Of a stretch of DNA of 64,000 nucleotides, positions 51,040-60,484 are shown piece after piece (within the stretch, counting starts at the first letter, position 1; every line of letters begins with the position of its first letter). Location: contig VGJW01000010.1 of the NCBI GenBank assembly GCA_016867265.1, positions 35,525 to 99,524 on the forward strand, written 5' to 3'. The notes beneath the pieces are model-generated. The model made no database searches. It saw nothing but the letters and a program-made list of their open reading frames with translations, and was not told the origin of the DNA. The position numbers were made by a program, and so were the translations under genes. The stretch comes from Candidatus Tanganyikabacteria bacterium. GTDB taxonomy: Bacteria; Cyanobacteriota; Sericytochromatia; S15B-MN24; VGJW01.

Positions 51040-52182
51040 TCACCGGTTTCGCGGGGGCTGCCTCAGGCACGCCAAGGTGCCGTTGACGAAACGCTCGGCC
51101 ATGGCTTCCGCGGAGAAGCGTGTCCCCGAGGCTCGCGCCCTTTGCGCAAGCTGTCCGCGCCAAACGGGGTCCGACATGACAGCCAGGATGTTTCGGGACA
51201 GCGCCTCGGCATCTGCCTGCGTCATCACGGCATTGACGCCGGGCTCCACATAGTCGAACTCGGCACCGTGCCCCGGGCAATCGGTTGTCAGGATGGGCAG
51301 GCCGGCAACAAGGGCATCCACGACGGCAAGACCGGCATAGGCAGGAAGCAAGAGGGCGTCGGCGACCAGGAAGGCCTCGGCCTTGTCGGTGCCGAAGCGC
51401 GGTCCCAGGGCGTGACAATGCGTGTCCACGGCCGACAACGCTTCTACGAGGGCAGCGTCCGGTCCCTTGCCAACCACGATGAGATGGAGGCCCGGCAGGC
51501 TGCGCTTCGCCAATCGGTATGCATCGAGGACAAGGTCGAGGCGCTTGCCCCGGTACAGGGAGCCGCAAAAGAGCAGGACGGGTGCGTCCTGTGGCAAGCC
51601 AAGCTTCAGCCGTGCAGCTTTCCTGGCCTCGGATGGATCATCCGGGATGGCCGCCCTGAAGTCGGCCGTGTCGATCGAGTTCCATAGGGTCGAAATCCTG
51701 TCTGCGGGAAAGCCTGCCCGCTCCAGGTACCTTCTGCCCCCTTCCGTGTAAGGAAACCACCAGTCGGCATCCTGCGCGACGCGGACCTTGAGTCTTTCGG
51801 GCCAGGAACTGGGAGCACCTTGCGTGGGTCGAGCGGGTCCCATGAAGGCGAAGCGCTTCCTTGCCACGCGTTGGCGCCATCTCTGCCAAGGCTGAAGTGC
51901 GTGTTTGAGGGCCAGCTCCGCGACGAGCAGATCGGGCGGTCGGGAAAACCCGGCGAGCGGCTGAATGAGGATGCGGTCCGAGAGCAGCCATTGGCCGGGA
52001 ATGCGCTTGCCGATGGGCCAATCCAGATCGATGTTGTCTCCCTTGGCGGCCTCGCTTGGTGGGGGCACGCTGTAAAGGCAGTGGAAACTGATGCCTTCCT
52101 CGCCGAGGAAGGCATGGACGTTGGCAAGGAAGCGCCGTCGATACTGCTTGGCGACGGCCTGCATCAGGATGACCGTGCTCAT
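51040..52182 (-). CDS. glycosyltransferase family 4
   Basis: LHLIVVGKGPDA...LLLPAYAGLAVVDALVAGLPILTTDCPGHGAEFDYVE. Confidence 0.85.
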   Translation of the reverse strand: MSTVILMQAVAKQYRRRFLANVHAFLGEEGISFHCLYSVPPPSEAAKGDNIDLDWPIGKRIPGQWLLSDRILIQPLAGFSRPPDLLVAELALKHALQPWQRWRQRVARKRFAFMGPARPTQGAPSSWPERLKVRVAQDADWWFPYTEGGRRYLERAGFPADRISTLWNSIDTADFRAAIPDDPSEARKAARLKLGLPQDAPVLLFCGSLYRGKRLDLVLDAYRLAKRSLPGLHLIVVGKGPDAALVEALSAVDTHCHALGPRFGTDKAEAFLVADALLLPAYAGLAVVDALVAGLPILTTDCPGHGAEFDYVEPGVNAVMTQADAEALSRNILAVMSDPVWRGQLAQRARASGTRFSAEAMAERFVNGTLACLRQPPRNR

Positions 52183-53291
52183 CCGAGGGCCTCGTCGTAG
52201 AGCAACTCCAGCTTTGCGGTCTGCTTGTCTACGTCGAAGTTCCGCGCGACCCAGTCACGGCCGGCACGTCCCATTTGCCTTGCCTTGTCTTCGTGGTCTG
52301 CCAGGAAGATCAGGGCCTGCGCCAGCGCATCCGGGTCGTCGGGGGGAACGAGCAGTCCGGTCCGGCCATCGTCGAGGGCCTCGGGGATGCCGCCGAGTTG
52401 GCTGCCGATGACAGGTGTGCCACAAGCCGCTGCCTCCAGCAGCACCATGCCGAGGCCCTCTGTCTGTCCATCCGAAGCCTGCCGGGAAGGCAAGATGAGA
52501 GCCAGGGACTGACGATAGAGCCGAGGCAGTTCCGTTTGAGGAACGAATGGTGTGAAGTCGACAAGTGAAGATGTGCCGAGCGATGTCACCAAGTCCTTGA
52601 GAGACTGGGTCAGGGGGCCTTGACCCACCAAGACAAGCCTGATGTCGGGGTGGATCCCGGCCAGTCTCGCATGGGCGCGGATCAGGATATCCAGTCCCTT
52701 CACCGCGATATGTCTGGCAACGGCAACCAAGATGCGCCTCGGACCGAGGTCAAGCTCGACTGAGTTGAACCGACTTGTGTTAATTCCTGTGTAGATAGTA
52801 ACGATTTTTTCGGCATCGCATCCAGAGGAAATCAAACTTTTTCCGATGAAGTTGGAAACAGCTATTACTCGTCTCGCCATCTTATGCATGGCGCGTCTTT
52901 GTGCCACGAAGGCCCAATTTGTCGGTTTTTTTGTCAAAAGTAACGACAAGGGGCGAATGGTGGCATCAAAGCCGTGATAGGTGACAAAAAGAGGACATCC
53001 CCAAGCCCGGGCGATGGGCATGGCGGCAACGCCATCGGGACCGAAGTGAGCGTGTACGAGGCTCGGGACCGGTCCTGACCAAGCCTTGATGTAGGGCCAG
53101 GGGGAGCCCAGACGGGCGAGCAGGCGCAGGGATGCGTGTGTTGTGCTGACCGTGAGGGTATCGTCGATGCGTCGCGCTTCACGGGATAACACGGTGGCTT
53201 GGTAACGACGCATCGCCAAGGCTTGGATGGTGATGAAGGGTTCCTGGTCGGGCGACCAGACCGTCCTGAAGATGGCAACTCCGGGTTTCAT
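52179..53291 (-). CDS. glycosyltransferase family 4
   Basis: Start at MKPGVAIF (ATG 53291, ATGA-type overlap with upstream gene); C-terminal LILPSRQASDGQTEGLGMVLLEAAACGTPVIGSQLGGIPE; contains a ~250-bp 43% GC tract (52750-53000). Confidence 0.8.
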   Translation of the reverse strand: MKPGVAIFRTVWSPDQEPFITIQALAMRRYQATVLSREARRIDDTLTVSTTHASLRLLARLGSPWPYIKAWSGPVPSLVHAHFGPDGVAAMPIARAWGCPLFVTYHGFDATIRPLSLLLTKKPTNWAFVAQRRAMHKMARRVIAVSNFIGKSLISSGCDAEKIVTIYTGINTSRFNSVELDLGPRRILVAVARHIAVKGLDILIRAHARLAGIHPDIRLVLVGQGPLTQSLKDLVTSLGTSSLVDFTPFVPQTELPRLYRQSLALILPSRQASDGQTEGLGMVLLEAAACGTPVIGSQLGGIPEALDDGRTGLLVPPDDPDALAQALIFLADHEDKARQMGRAGRDWVARNFDVDKQTAKLELLYDEALG

Positions 53292-54511
53292 CCTGTTGCC
53301 TCCCGGGCTTTCGATTGATCCGCGACCCGCGCCGCCAGAACCTGGGGCAGGATGGACAAGGCCAGCCAAATGAATGGGGACGAGACGCCGGCCCCGGCGG
53401 GTTCGAAAATAGCTTCGCCCACCACGGCGAGCAGCATGGCCATGCCTGTTGCCGGTCCGAGCGGCGAGTCCGACCCGCGGCAAAGTCGCCACCACGCACT
53501 GGCGCCCGCCCCGGTAACGGCCAGATACCCCACGAAGCCCGGAATTCCGTAGTAGAGAATCTGGTTCCACCAAGTGCTGTGGCAATTGGGATAGGACACG
53601 CGCGACAGCAGCAAAGTCCAGCTTTCCATGTCACCCGACGGCTTTCCGATCAGCCACGCTATCGGGTCGGTGCCCAGCGCCGCGGCTCCGGCAAGCCACA
53701 TGTTGACACGCGTGAGGACGGTCGGTGCCTCTATATGGCCCTCGGCATCCGGCCAGACGGTATAGAAGAGAATGGCCATGTCGAGCAGGGCCATCAGCAG
53801 CAGCGGCAATTGACGGGACCAGGTTGGCCCGACCCTCCAGAAGGGACCGAGGAAGCAAAGCAAGAGTCCGAGCCCGGCCCAGATCATGACCCCCTTGGCG
53901 GCGGTGCACGACAACGCGGCCAGCACCAGGAGGATGGCGGGCACGGCGAAGGAGCGACTTGCCGGATGCAAGGCCATGCCGCCGAGACCGACGGTGGCTG
54001 GTAGCAGGAGCAGGGCCAGGCCGTTCGGGTGATTGAACAGGCCGACAGCAAAGTGCGCCATCAGTTCGCCGCTGAAGTCGGTCTTGGCGGCAAGGTTTTC
54101 GGAAACTGGTTGCAGGAACGGGCCATCGAGCGTGAATTGGCTGATACCGAGGCCGGCCTGGATCAGGGCGCCTGTCAGGGCGCCCATGGCCAGGCTCTGC
54201 CAGGAGCCTCCCCGGATGACCCAGCGCGCCATGATTATGGTGCACAACCCGGCGCCCGTTACGTCTCGTGCAGCCCGGAGCGCCTCCATGCCTTGGCCGG
54301 ACGATGCCAGACCCGCTGCGCAGATCCACGCGAGGTAGCCCATCAGCACGAGCAACCCACGGGGATATGGCTTCATGGCCCGCTTGTCCTGAGATACGGG
54401 CAGCAGAAAGAGACAGCAGAGCTCCAGCAACGTTGGCCCCGGAAATCCCGAGCCTCCGAGGCGAATCTCCGCGGTTCCGGCAAGACCGGCCAGCCATCCG
54501 GCCCACATCAT
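53288..54511 (-). CDS. O-antigen ligase/Wzy-like polysaccharide polymerase (multi-TM)
   Basis: Start at MMWAGW (54511, 1-nt overlap with upstream stop); ~10 TM; periplasmic loop HSTWWNQILYYGIPGFVG resembles the H-N-x-YL...G..G ligase motif. Confidence 0.7.
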   Translation of the reverse strand: MMWAGWLAGLAGTAEIRLGGSGFPGPTLLELCCLFLLPVSQDKRAMKPYPRGLLVLMGYLAWICAAGLASSGQGMEALRAARDVTGAGLCTIIMARWVIRGGSWQSLAMGALTGALIQAGLGISQFTLDGPFLQPVSENLAAKTDFSGELMAHFAVGLFNHPNGLALLLLPATVGLGGMALHPASRSFAVPAILLVLAALSCTAAKGVMIWAGLGLLLCFLGPFWRVGPTWSRQLPLLLMALLDMAILFYTVWPDAEGHIEAPTVLTRVNMWLAGAAALGTDPIAWLIGKPSGDMESWTLLLSRVSYPNCHSTWWNQILYYGIPGFVGYLAVTGAGASAWWRLCRGSDSPLGPATGMAMLLAVVGEAIFEPAGAGVSSPFIWLALSILPQVLAARVADQSKAREATG

Positions 54512-55902
54512 CACGCAGCCCTCGCCTTGTCGCGGAAGCGTGTGATGATTAGCCAGCCCGCACCGAGGCTTGCCGTCAGGGCGCATGCGGGCCACGCACG
54601 TACCTCGCGGGCTGCCGCCAACATCATCAGTCCGGCAAGCCACGGAAGCAGGCCAAGCCAGATTTCTTTCCCCAGAACGCCGGGAAGGATGGCGTTGGAA
54701 AGTCTGCCCTGGGCGACAAGGAGCACAAGGGCCACGGTGCCGGTTGCGGCAGCGATGGCCGTCGGCGAGGCTGGGGACGGAAGCAGGGCGAATATTGCGG
54801 CCTGAGCAGCGAATCCGACGGCCTGGACGGCCGGTATTCCCCACGGGCGTGGGGCGATCAGTTGCCCGAAGGAGAAGATGCCCGCGAGGCCCTGTGCCCC
54901 GATGACGGATATCAGCAGGGCAAGCAGTCGCAGATCAAGCGTCAGTCCGGGTGCCATCCATGCCAACAGGTAGGGACCGGCAAGAATCAGCAGGGTCGCC
55001 ACCGTGATATAGGCAAGCAGGATGTGACGAAGCGCCCGGGATAGCTTTCCGACGGCAACGGCGGGCTCCTCTCCCTGCAGACGAAAGACGAACGGGGGCC
55101 ACCACAGAGCAAGTGGCGCGATGATGGTCGGGCTCATCACTGCGGCGACCTTGAGATGCAGGCTGTAATGGCCCAGCACCTCCGGTGACCAAGTCGCGAC
55201 CAGCCACCACCTGTCCAACTGAGTGGCTGCCAGTCCCAGTAGGCTGGAAAGAAGCAGTGGGGCGCCATAGGCCACGGCCGTCCGCCAATCGGGAGCGGGG
55301 GGCGCTTCTTCTTGCCCGGTGTCTGTCGTTTTCCCCTGTCCCCACGCTGCGAGGAACGAGATGCCCGCAGCCAGCCACGCTGCCGTTGCAAGACGCATGC
55401 TGAGGGTGGTCAAGGGTGACGCGCCCAGGTCCGGGGCCGCATGGAGCCATGTCAGGACCGTGCATTGGCGCGCAAGAACCGCGAGGGCCCAAGCCAAGGG
55501 ACGCTGTTGTCCCCTCAGGCAAGACTGGCCCACGAGGAAAAGGCCCTCTCCGACAATCCAAAGCATCAGGGTCGGCACAAGGGCAACCGGCATCAAACCG
55601 ATCGCGGCAATAACGGCAAGGATACCGAGGACCAGCAAGATGCCCGGCGGTAGCAAGCGTCCCAGCAGCGGCAGCAGTGCCGCTGCTCGCCGCCTGTGCT
55701 GCCCGACGATGCGGATGGTGAAAAAATTCAGCCCCAAGACGACAAACTGGGCCAGCAGGGCAGTTGCTGACTCAAGCAGCCCCCAGAGGCCAAAGTTCGC
55801 AGGACCCGCTGAGCGTACCACAAGCGGTATGGTCAGGAAGGTCAGCAAGGCGCCTGCCCCGGTTGCGGCAGGGTAGGCCAGCGCGCCCAGCCTAGCGATC
55901 AC
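54511..55902 (-). CDS. Wzx-type oligosaccharide flippase (polysaccharide biosynthesis protein family)
   Basis: 12-14 TM; N-terminal ARLGALAYPAATGAGALLTFLTIPLVVRSAGPANFGLW matches the flippase family start; GTG 55902 chosen to minimise overlap with upstream gene, start uncertain (ORF open to 56070). Confidence 0.7.
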   Translation of the reverse strand: MIARLGALAYPAATGAGALLTFLTIPLVVRSAGPANFGLWGLLESATALLAQFVVLGLNFFTIRIVGQHRRRAAALLPLLGRLLPPGILLVLGILAVIAAIGLMPVALVPTLMLWIVGEGLFLVGQSCLRGQQRPLAWALAVLARQCTVLTWLHAAPDLGASPLTTLSMRLATAAWLAAGISFLAAWGQGKTTDTGQEEAPPAPDWRTAVAYGAPLLLSSLLGLAATQLDRWWLVATWSPEVLGHYSLHLKVAAVMSPTIIAPLALWWPPFVFRLQGEEPAVAVGKLSRALRHILLAYITVATLLILAGPYLLAWMAPGLTLDLRLLALLISVIGAQGLAGIFSFGQLIAPRPWGIPAVQAVGFAAQAAIFALLPSPASPTAIAAATGTVALVLLVAQGRLSNAILPGVLGKEIWLGLLPWLAGLMMLAAAREVRAWPACALTASLGAGWLIITRFRDKARAA

Positions 55903-56506
55903 GGGATTCGTCCAAGTGGCGAATCCTCCTTGCCGGGAGGCCGCCGACCAATGTGCGATCTTCGACTTCGCCACGAACAACCGCGTGGGCGGCCACGACG
56001 GCATGGGCTCGGATGGTCGTACCCTTGAGGATTGACACCATCCTGCCGACCCACACGTTGTTCTCGACACGAATGGCGGCGGCGTTCATGGGCTGGTTGC
56101 GATAGGGCCGGTCTCCAGAGAGGCCATGATCCGCATCCCGAAGACAGGTCCCCTCCCCGAAGATGCTGTCGCGGCCGACGGTGATGCCTTGTACGGCAGC
56201 CAGAACGTTCAGGCCCGTGAAGCGAACATCGTCGTCGAGGACCAGGTCCGCCTCCGGACCGATGTCGAGCGTGATGTGCCGACCGAAGTGCACGCGGGCG
56301 CCAATCCGGTAGCCCTGATGGGGCGGTTGCTTGAAGTGGATGCCCTTGGCCACGCGAAGGCCCGGTCCGCAGCGGCCACCGCAAAGGATGATCAGGCCCC
56401 TGATGCAGACGCCTCGCCAGAGGGACTCCCAGCGATTTGCAAGCCTCCAGGTGGCCGGAAGCAGTCGGTCAAGCCGCAAGCTGCTGCAGTCCCTTCCGAA
56501 TGTCAC
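55892..56506 (-). CDS. hexapeptide-repeat acetyltransferase (WcaF/WbbJ-like)
   Basis: Left-handed beta-helix repeats ...IRVENNVWVGRMVSILKGTTIRAHAVVAAHAVVRGEV... Confidence 0.75.
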   Translation of the reverse strand: MTFGRDCSSLRLDRLLPATWRLANRWESLWRGVCIRGLIILCGGRCGPGLRVAKGIHFKQPPHQGYRIGARVHFGRHITLDIGPEADLVLDDDVRFTGLNVLAAVQGITVGRDSIFGEGTCLRDADHGLSGDRPYRNQPMNAAAIRVENNVWVGRMVSILKGTTIRAHAVVAAHAVVRGEVEDRTLVGGLPARRIRHLDESRDR

Positions 56507-57596
56507 CCCAGAACACGCCGATCAGCAGGCCCGCGAGCGCACTGGCAATCGTCATGGCCGCACGTTTCGGACGGGCGTGTCGGTCCGGCAGAATCGGGGG
56601 ATCCAGGATGGCATAGGGTGCCAATGTGTTCTGGCTTGCCATGTAGGCCGATTGGTACTGCTGGGTGACGACCAGGAACGTAGCCGTCTGAATTTGAACC
56701 TCGCGTTGCAAACGGGCCAATTTGAGGGCCTTGGGCGGCAGTTGGCCGAGGAGCGTGTTCAGGCGTTCTCTGGCCTGCCGCAGGGCCTTGTCCTGCCCCA
56801 TCACGCCAGCCCGGCGTATCTCGGCTTCCTGCAGGGCTGAGGGTGCGGCTTCGAGGCGGTCGACGCGTTGGTGCAGGTCCCTGACAAGGCTGTTCATCGA
56901 CTGCAGTTCGGCCTCCGACTGCAACTTGGCGCTCTCGAGCTGGGAAAGCGTGCCCATGGCGGCCTGCAGGGTTTCCGGCAACGAGGCCATCTTGTTTTCG
57001 GACTGGAATGTCGCCAAGCCGTCTTCAGCCTTTGCGAGGACCTCCCGGGTGCGATCGAGGCGCAGCGCGGCGTCTGCGAGTCGTCGCTCGCTGCCCTGCC
57101 GGTCGAGGTCAGACGAGAGCTTGCGCAAGCCCTCGAGGTAGGCCCGAGCCAACTTCAGTGCGTATTCGGGGCGATGCGCCTCGACCGTCACCACGATCAG
57201 CTTGGACTTCAGGCCTGGCTCCTGGATGACCGTGAGCTTGCGCAGCTTTTCCCGCAGGAGGCTTGGTTCCTTGCCGGGGAACTCGGCTGCGAGGCCGGAG
57301 CGGCTGATGACGTCATCTGCCAGGGAGCGGCTGCGCAGGTAGGCCACCAGGTTCATCGTCGAATCACCACCGGACCCACTGCCCATAAGGGCGCCGAACG
57401 CACCCAGCTGCCCCTGAAGACCTGCGCCCAGGTTGCTGGCGAGCAGGCCTTGGGAGACCGGGGCCTCGGGCAGGATCGAGAAGCTGCTCGCCCAGGTGCG
57501 CGGCCACGCGAGGGCCAGCATGACGCCCAGCGCGCCGCCCGCCACCAAGCCCGTCAGGCCGGGCCGGATGCGGCGTGTCAGGTTCTCGAGGCTCAC
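56469..57596 (-). CDS. polysaccharide chain-length determinant (Wzz/PCP family, no kinase domain)
   Basis: TM at both ends, long coiled-coil periplasmic region. Confidence 0.7.
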   Translation of the reverse strand: MSLENLTRRIRPGLTGLVAGGALGVMLALAWPRTWASSFSILPEAPVSQGLLASNLGAGLQGQLGAFGALMGSGSGGDSTMNLVAYLRSRSLADDVISRSGLAAEFPGKEPSLLREKLRKLTVIQEPGLKSKLIVVTVEAHRPEYALKLARAYLEGLRKLSSDLDRQGSERRLADAALRLDRTREVLAKAEDGLATFQSENKMASLPETLQAAMGTLSQLESAKLQSEAELQSMNSLVRDLHQRVDRLEAAPSALQEAEIRRAGVMGQDKALRQARERLNTLLGQLPPKALKLARLQREVQIQTATFLVVTQQYQSAYMASQNTLAPYAILDPPILPDRHARPKRAAMTIASALAGLLIGVFWGDIRKGLQQLAA

Positions 57597-57638
57597 AAGG
57601 TCTCCCGTCGGGCAGGGGGCGAGGCGTCGAAAGCCACG

Positions 57639-58964
57639 CTAGATCGACACGATGCGCTCGCGTCCGGAGGGCACGCGGGCCGTTGCATTCCGGGTGTCCA
57701 CGACGACCTTGGCGTTCTTCACCACCTGCGCGTAATCCACCCGGCTATGATCGGTCATGATGACGGCGCAGTCCGCCCAGGCCAGGCCGGCCTCCAGCTC
57801 GACGGACGTCCGTTCCGTGCCTTGGTCGACGAAGGCAGGGACGAAGGGGTCGTGGTAGCGGATTTCAGCCTCATCGCGTTCCAGCAGCTCGATCAGCTTG
57901 AGGGCCGGGCTTTCCCGCCAGTCCGAAATGTCTTTCTTGTAGGCGACGCCGAGGAGCAGGATGCGCGACCCCGCCACGCTCTTGCGCAGCTTCCCCAAGG
58001 CCTGGATGACTTTCTCGCGGACGTGGTGGTGCATCAGGATGTTGATCTCGCCAGCCAGTTCGATGAAGCGGGTGTGGAAGTCGTACTGGCGTGCCTTCCA
58101 TGTCAGGTAGAAAGGGTCGATGGGGATGCAGTGGCCACCGACGCCCGGGCCCGGGTTGAAGCGCATGATGCCGAATGGTTTGGTGTTGGCCGCCTCGACC
58201 ACCTCCCAAACGTCGAGGCCCATCCGATCGCACAGCAGGGCCATCTCGTTGACCATCGCGATGTTGACGGCGCGAAAGGTGTTCTCGAAGACCTTGGTCA
58301 TCTCGGCGACACGAGGGCTAGAGACCGGTACGACATCGAGAATGGTTTGGCGATAGAACGTGGTGGCGATGTCGAGGCATGTACGGGTTACGCCGCCCAC
58401 TACCTTGTTGGTATTCCGCGTGGTGTAGCGTGCGTTGCCCGGATCGACTCGCTCCGGGCTGAAGCTGATGAACAGGTCCTTGCCAACCTCCAGCCCGCTT
58501 TGGGCGAGGATGGGCATCAGGACTTCCTCGGTGGTCCCCGGATAGGTCGTGCTTTCGAGCGAGACCAGCATGCCCGGCCGCAGGTAGGGCACCATCTGTT
58601 CGGCCACGTGGACGATGTACTGGATATCCGGATCGCGGTTGGCATTCAGGGGTGTCGGCACACAGATGACGACGACATCTGCCTCCCCGATGGCGGCAAA
58701 GTCCGTCGAGGCCTTGATGCGGCCAGAAGCCACGAGGTCGGCAAGTTCCCGGTCGTCCACATCCGCGATGTAGTTCTCACCCCGGTTGATGGACGCGACA
58801 CGCTCCGCGCTACGATCCAGACCGACGACGGGGAAGCCCACCTTGGCTTTTTCCACGGCCAGAGGAAGCCCGACGTAGCCAACGCCGACGACGGCAACCC
58901 TGGCCTGACGGGTTTCAATAGCCTGCTTCAGGCTCGCGCCCGCCTCTTTTGCAACAATTTCCAA
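57639..58964 (-). CDS. nucleotide-sugar dehydrogenase (UDP-N-acetyl-D-mannosamine/glucosamine dehydrogenase, WecC/WbpA-like)
   Basis: VAVVGVGYVGLPLAV Rossmann, VVICVPTP, GGHCIPIDP catalytic Cys; 441 aa. Confidence 0.9.
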   Translation of the reverse strand: MEIVAKEAGASLKQAIETRQARVAVVGVGYVGLPLAVEKAKVGFPVVGLDRSAERVASINRGENYIADVDDRELADLVASGRIKASTDFAAIGEADVVVICVPTPLNANRDPDIQYIVHVAEQMVPYLRPGMLVSLESTTYPGTTEEVLMPILAQSGLEVGKDLFISFSPERVDPGNARYTTRNTNKVVGGVTRTCLDIATTFYRQTILDVVPVSSPRVAEMTKVFENTFRAVNIAMVNEMALLCDRMGLDVWEVVEAANTKPFGIMRFNPGPGVGGHCIPIDPFYLTWKARQYDFHTRFIELAGEINILMHHHVREKVIQALGKLRKSVAGSRILLLGVAYKKDISDWRESPALKLIELLERDEAEIRYHDPFVPAFVDQGTERTSVELEAGLAWADCAVIMTDHSRVDYAQVVKNAKVVVDTRNATARVPSGRERIVSI

Positions 58965-59067
58965 AGGCCTAGTCCTTCCCGAGTCGGGGGGGCTGTCGGA
59001 CCTTGCTGCCGTGGGCGGTTCCGGGCGTGCGCCTACAGCCCGTCAGGATGCACGCGTCTCGGCGTTC

Positions 59068-59370
59068 TCAATTCCACCACGAGAATGCCGAACCGTGCAC
59101 GGAAATGGCCGGCTGACCGTCTTGGCCCACATGGCTCCGGAGCCTGGCCCGCCAGTCCGCCTCACCCCCTACGGCTACCCCCGCTCTTTCCAGCTGGATG
59201 GTGGCGCCCTCGCCCCCCTTCGTGATGTTCAGGAAGTCCTTGAGCACTTGGTCCGAGCCCTTGTCCGGAGCCTCGCTGGTCAGGCTGCTGACGGCTTCCG
59301 TGGCCGCGCCGGAAAGCGGGGCCAGCCTCTGGGTGGAGCTGACTTGGGACGAAACATTGTTCAGGGTCAT
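59068..59370 (-). CDS. possible small protein (100 aa), uncertain
   Basis: ATG at 59370 (shares a CATG palindrome with a plus-strand ATG); high GC3; no domain; competes with upstream extension of the peroxidase ORF. Confidence 0.25.
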   Translation of the reverse strand: MTLNNVSSQVSSTQRLAPLSGAATEAVSSLTSEAPDKGSDQVLKDFLNITKGGEGATIQLERAGVAVGGEADWRARLRSHVGQDGQPAISVHGSAFSWWN

Positions 59371-59437
59371 GCGTGTCTCCTCAGTGGGGCACCTGCGACA
59401 TGTGTACTCTTGGGCCGGGATCTTGCTAACGGCGGAT

Positions 59438-60484
59438 GTGGAGGGATGGCGGGTGGCGAGCGGATTGCGGGCGCTGGGCTGGCTGGTCATGGCCCTGGCG
59501 CTGCCGGGTGCCTCCAAGCCGGCTACGGTTTTGGCGCCCAGGGATGCGCTTGAAGTCCGCCTCGACGCCATCCGTACCTGGCCCGGTGGTATCCTGCCGC
59601 CGCGCGCTCCCGGCCTGCCCCACGGCTTGCCCGCAGGCGCGGACTGGGTCGCAGTGGGGCGTCGCCTCTTCGGGGATCCCCGGCTCTCGGGAGATGCCGA
59701 TATGTCGTGCGCCACTTGTCACGTGCCGGGCCAGGGCTTTGCCGAGCCCCGGGCCTTGGCCTCGGGCCATCGCGGCAAGCGTCTCGGCCGCCACACGCCT
59801 ACCGTGGTCGACACGGCCTTGCTGGGCCGCCTGTTCTGGGACGGCAGGGCCGGTTCCCTGGCCGAGCAGGCCCTGGGTCCCATGCTGTCGCCCGACGAGA
59901 TGGCCGGGGATCGTGTGGCCATCGGCCGGTTGCTCGACACCGATCCCGGCTATCGTGCGGCCTTCCGTGCAGCCTTTCAGCGCGGCGGGACCGTCGAGGA
60001 TGCGGCCTTGGCCCTCGAGGCTTACGAGCGGACCCTGGTGTCGAGGACGTCGCGGGTCGATCGCTACCTGGCCGGGGACAAGCGGGCCCTCGACCGTCGC
60101 GAGAAGCTGGGCCTGTTCGTGTTCACGGGCAAGGGGTCCTGTACGGTCTGCCACGGCGGCCCCGCGCTGTCCGACGGGGCCTTTCACGCGCTGGGCCTGC
60201 GGCCGGGCGAGGACCCGGCGGCAGCTGACGTCGGCCGGATGGGCGTGACCGGACGCGAGGCGGATCGAGGTGCCTTCCGGACGCCTCCCCTGCGCCAGGT
60301 GGCACGGACGGCTCCCTACATGCACGATGGCCGCCTGCCGACGCTCGAAGCGGTCGTCGACTTCTACGACAGGGGAGGGGGGGCCGGCCATGACCCGGTT
60401 GTCCAGCCGCTTGAATTGACGGCCGAGGAGCGCACGGGCCTCGTGGCGTTCCTTAAGGCCCTCGATGGCCCTGTCCGCCCCTGA
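59438..60484 (+). CDS. di-haem cytochrome c peroxidase (CCP/MauG family)
   Basis: Two haem sites CATCHVPGQG and CTVCHGGPALSDG, PYMHDG near C-terminus; start uncertain (GTG 59438/59453 or ATG 59369). Confidence 0.8.
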   Translation: MEGWRVASGLRALGWLVMALALPGASKPATVLAPRDALEVRLDAIRTWPGGILPPRAPGLPHGLPAGADWVAVGRRLFGDPRLSGDADMSCATCHVPGQGFAEPRALASGHRGKRLGRHTPTVVDTALLGRLFWDGRAGSLAEQALGPMLSPDEMAGDRVAIGRLLDTDPGYRAAFRAAFQRGGTVEDAALALEAYERTLVSRTSRVDRYLAGDKRALDRREKLGLFVFTGKGSCTVCHGGPALSDGAFHALGLRPGEDPAAADVGRMGVTGREADRGAFRTPPLRQVARTAPYMHDGRLPTLEAVVDFYDRGGGAGHDPVVQPLELTAEERTGLVAFLKALDGPVRP

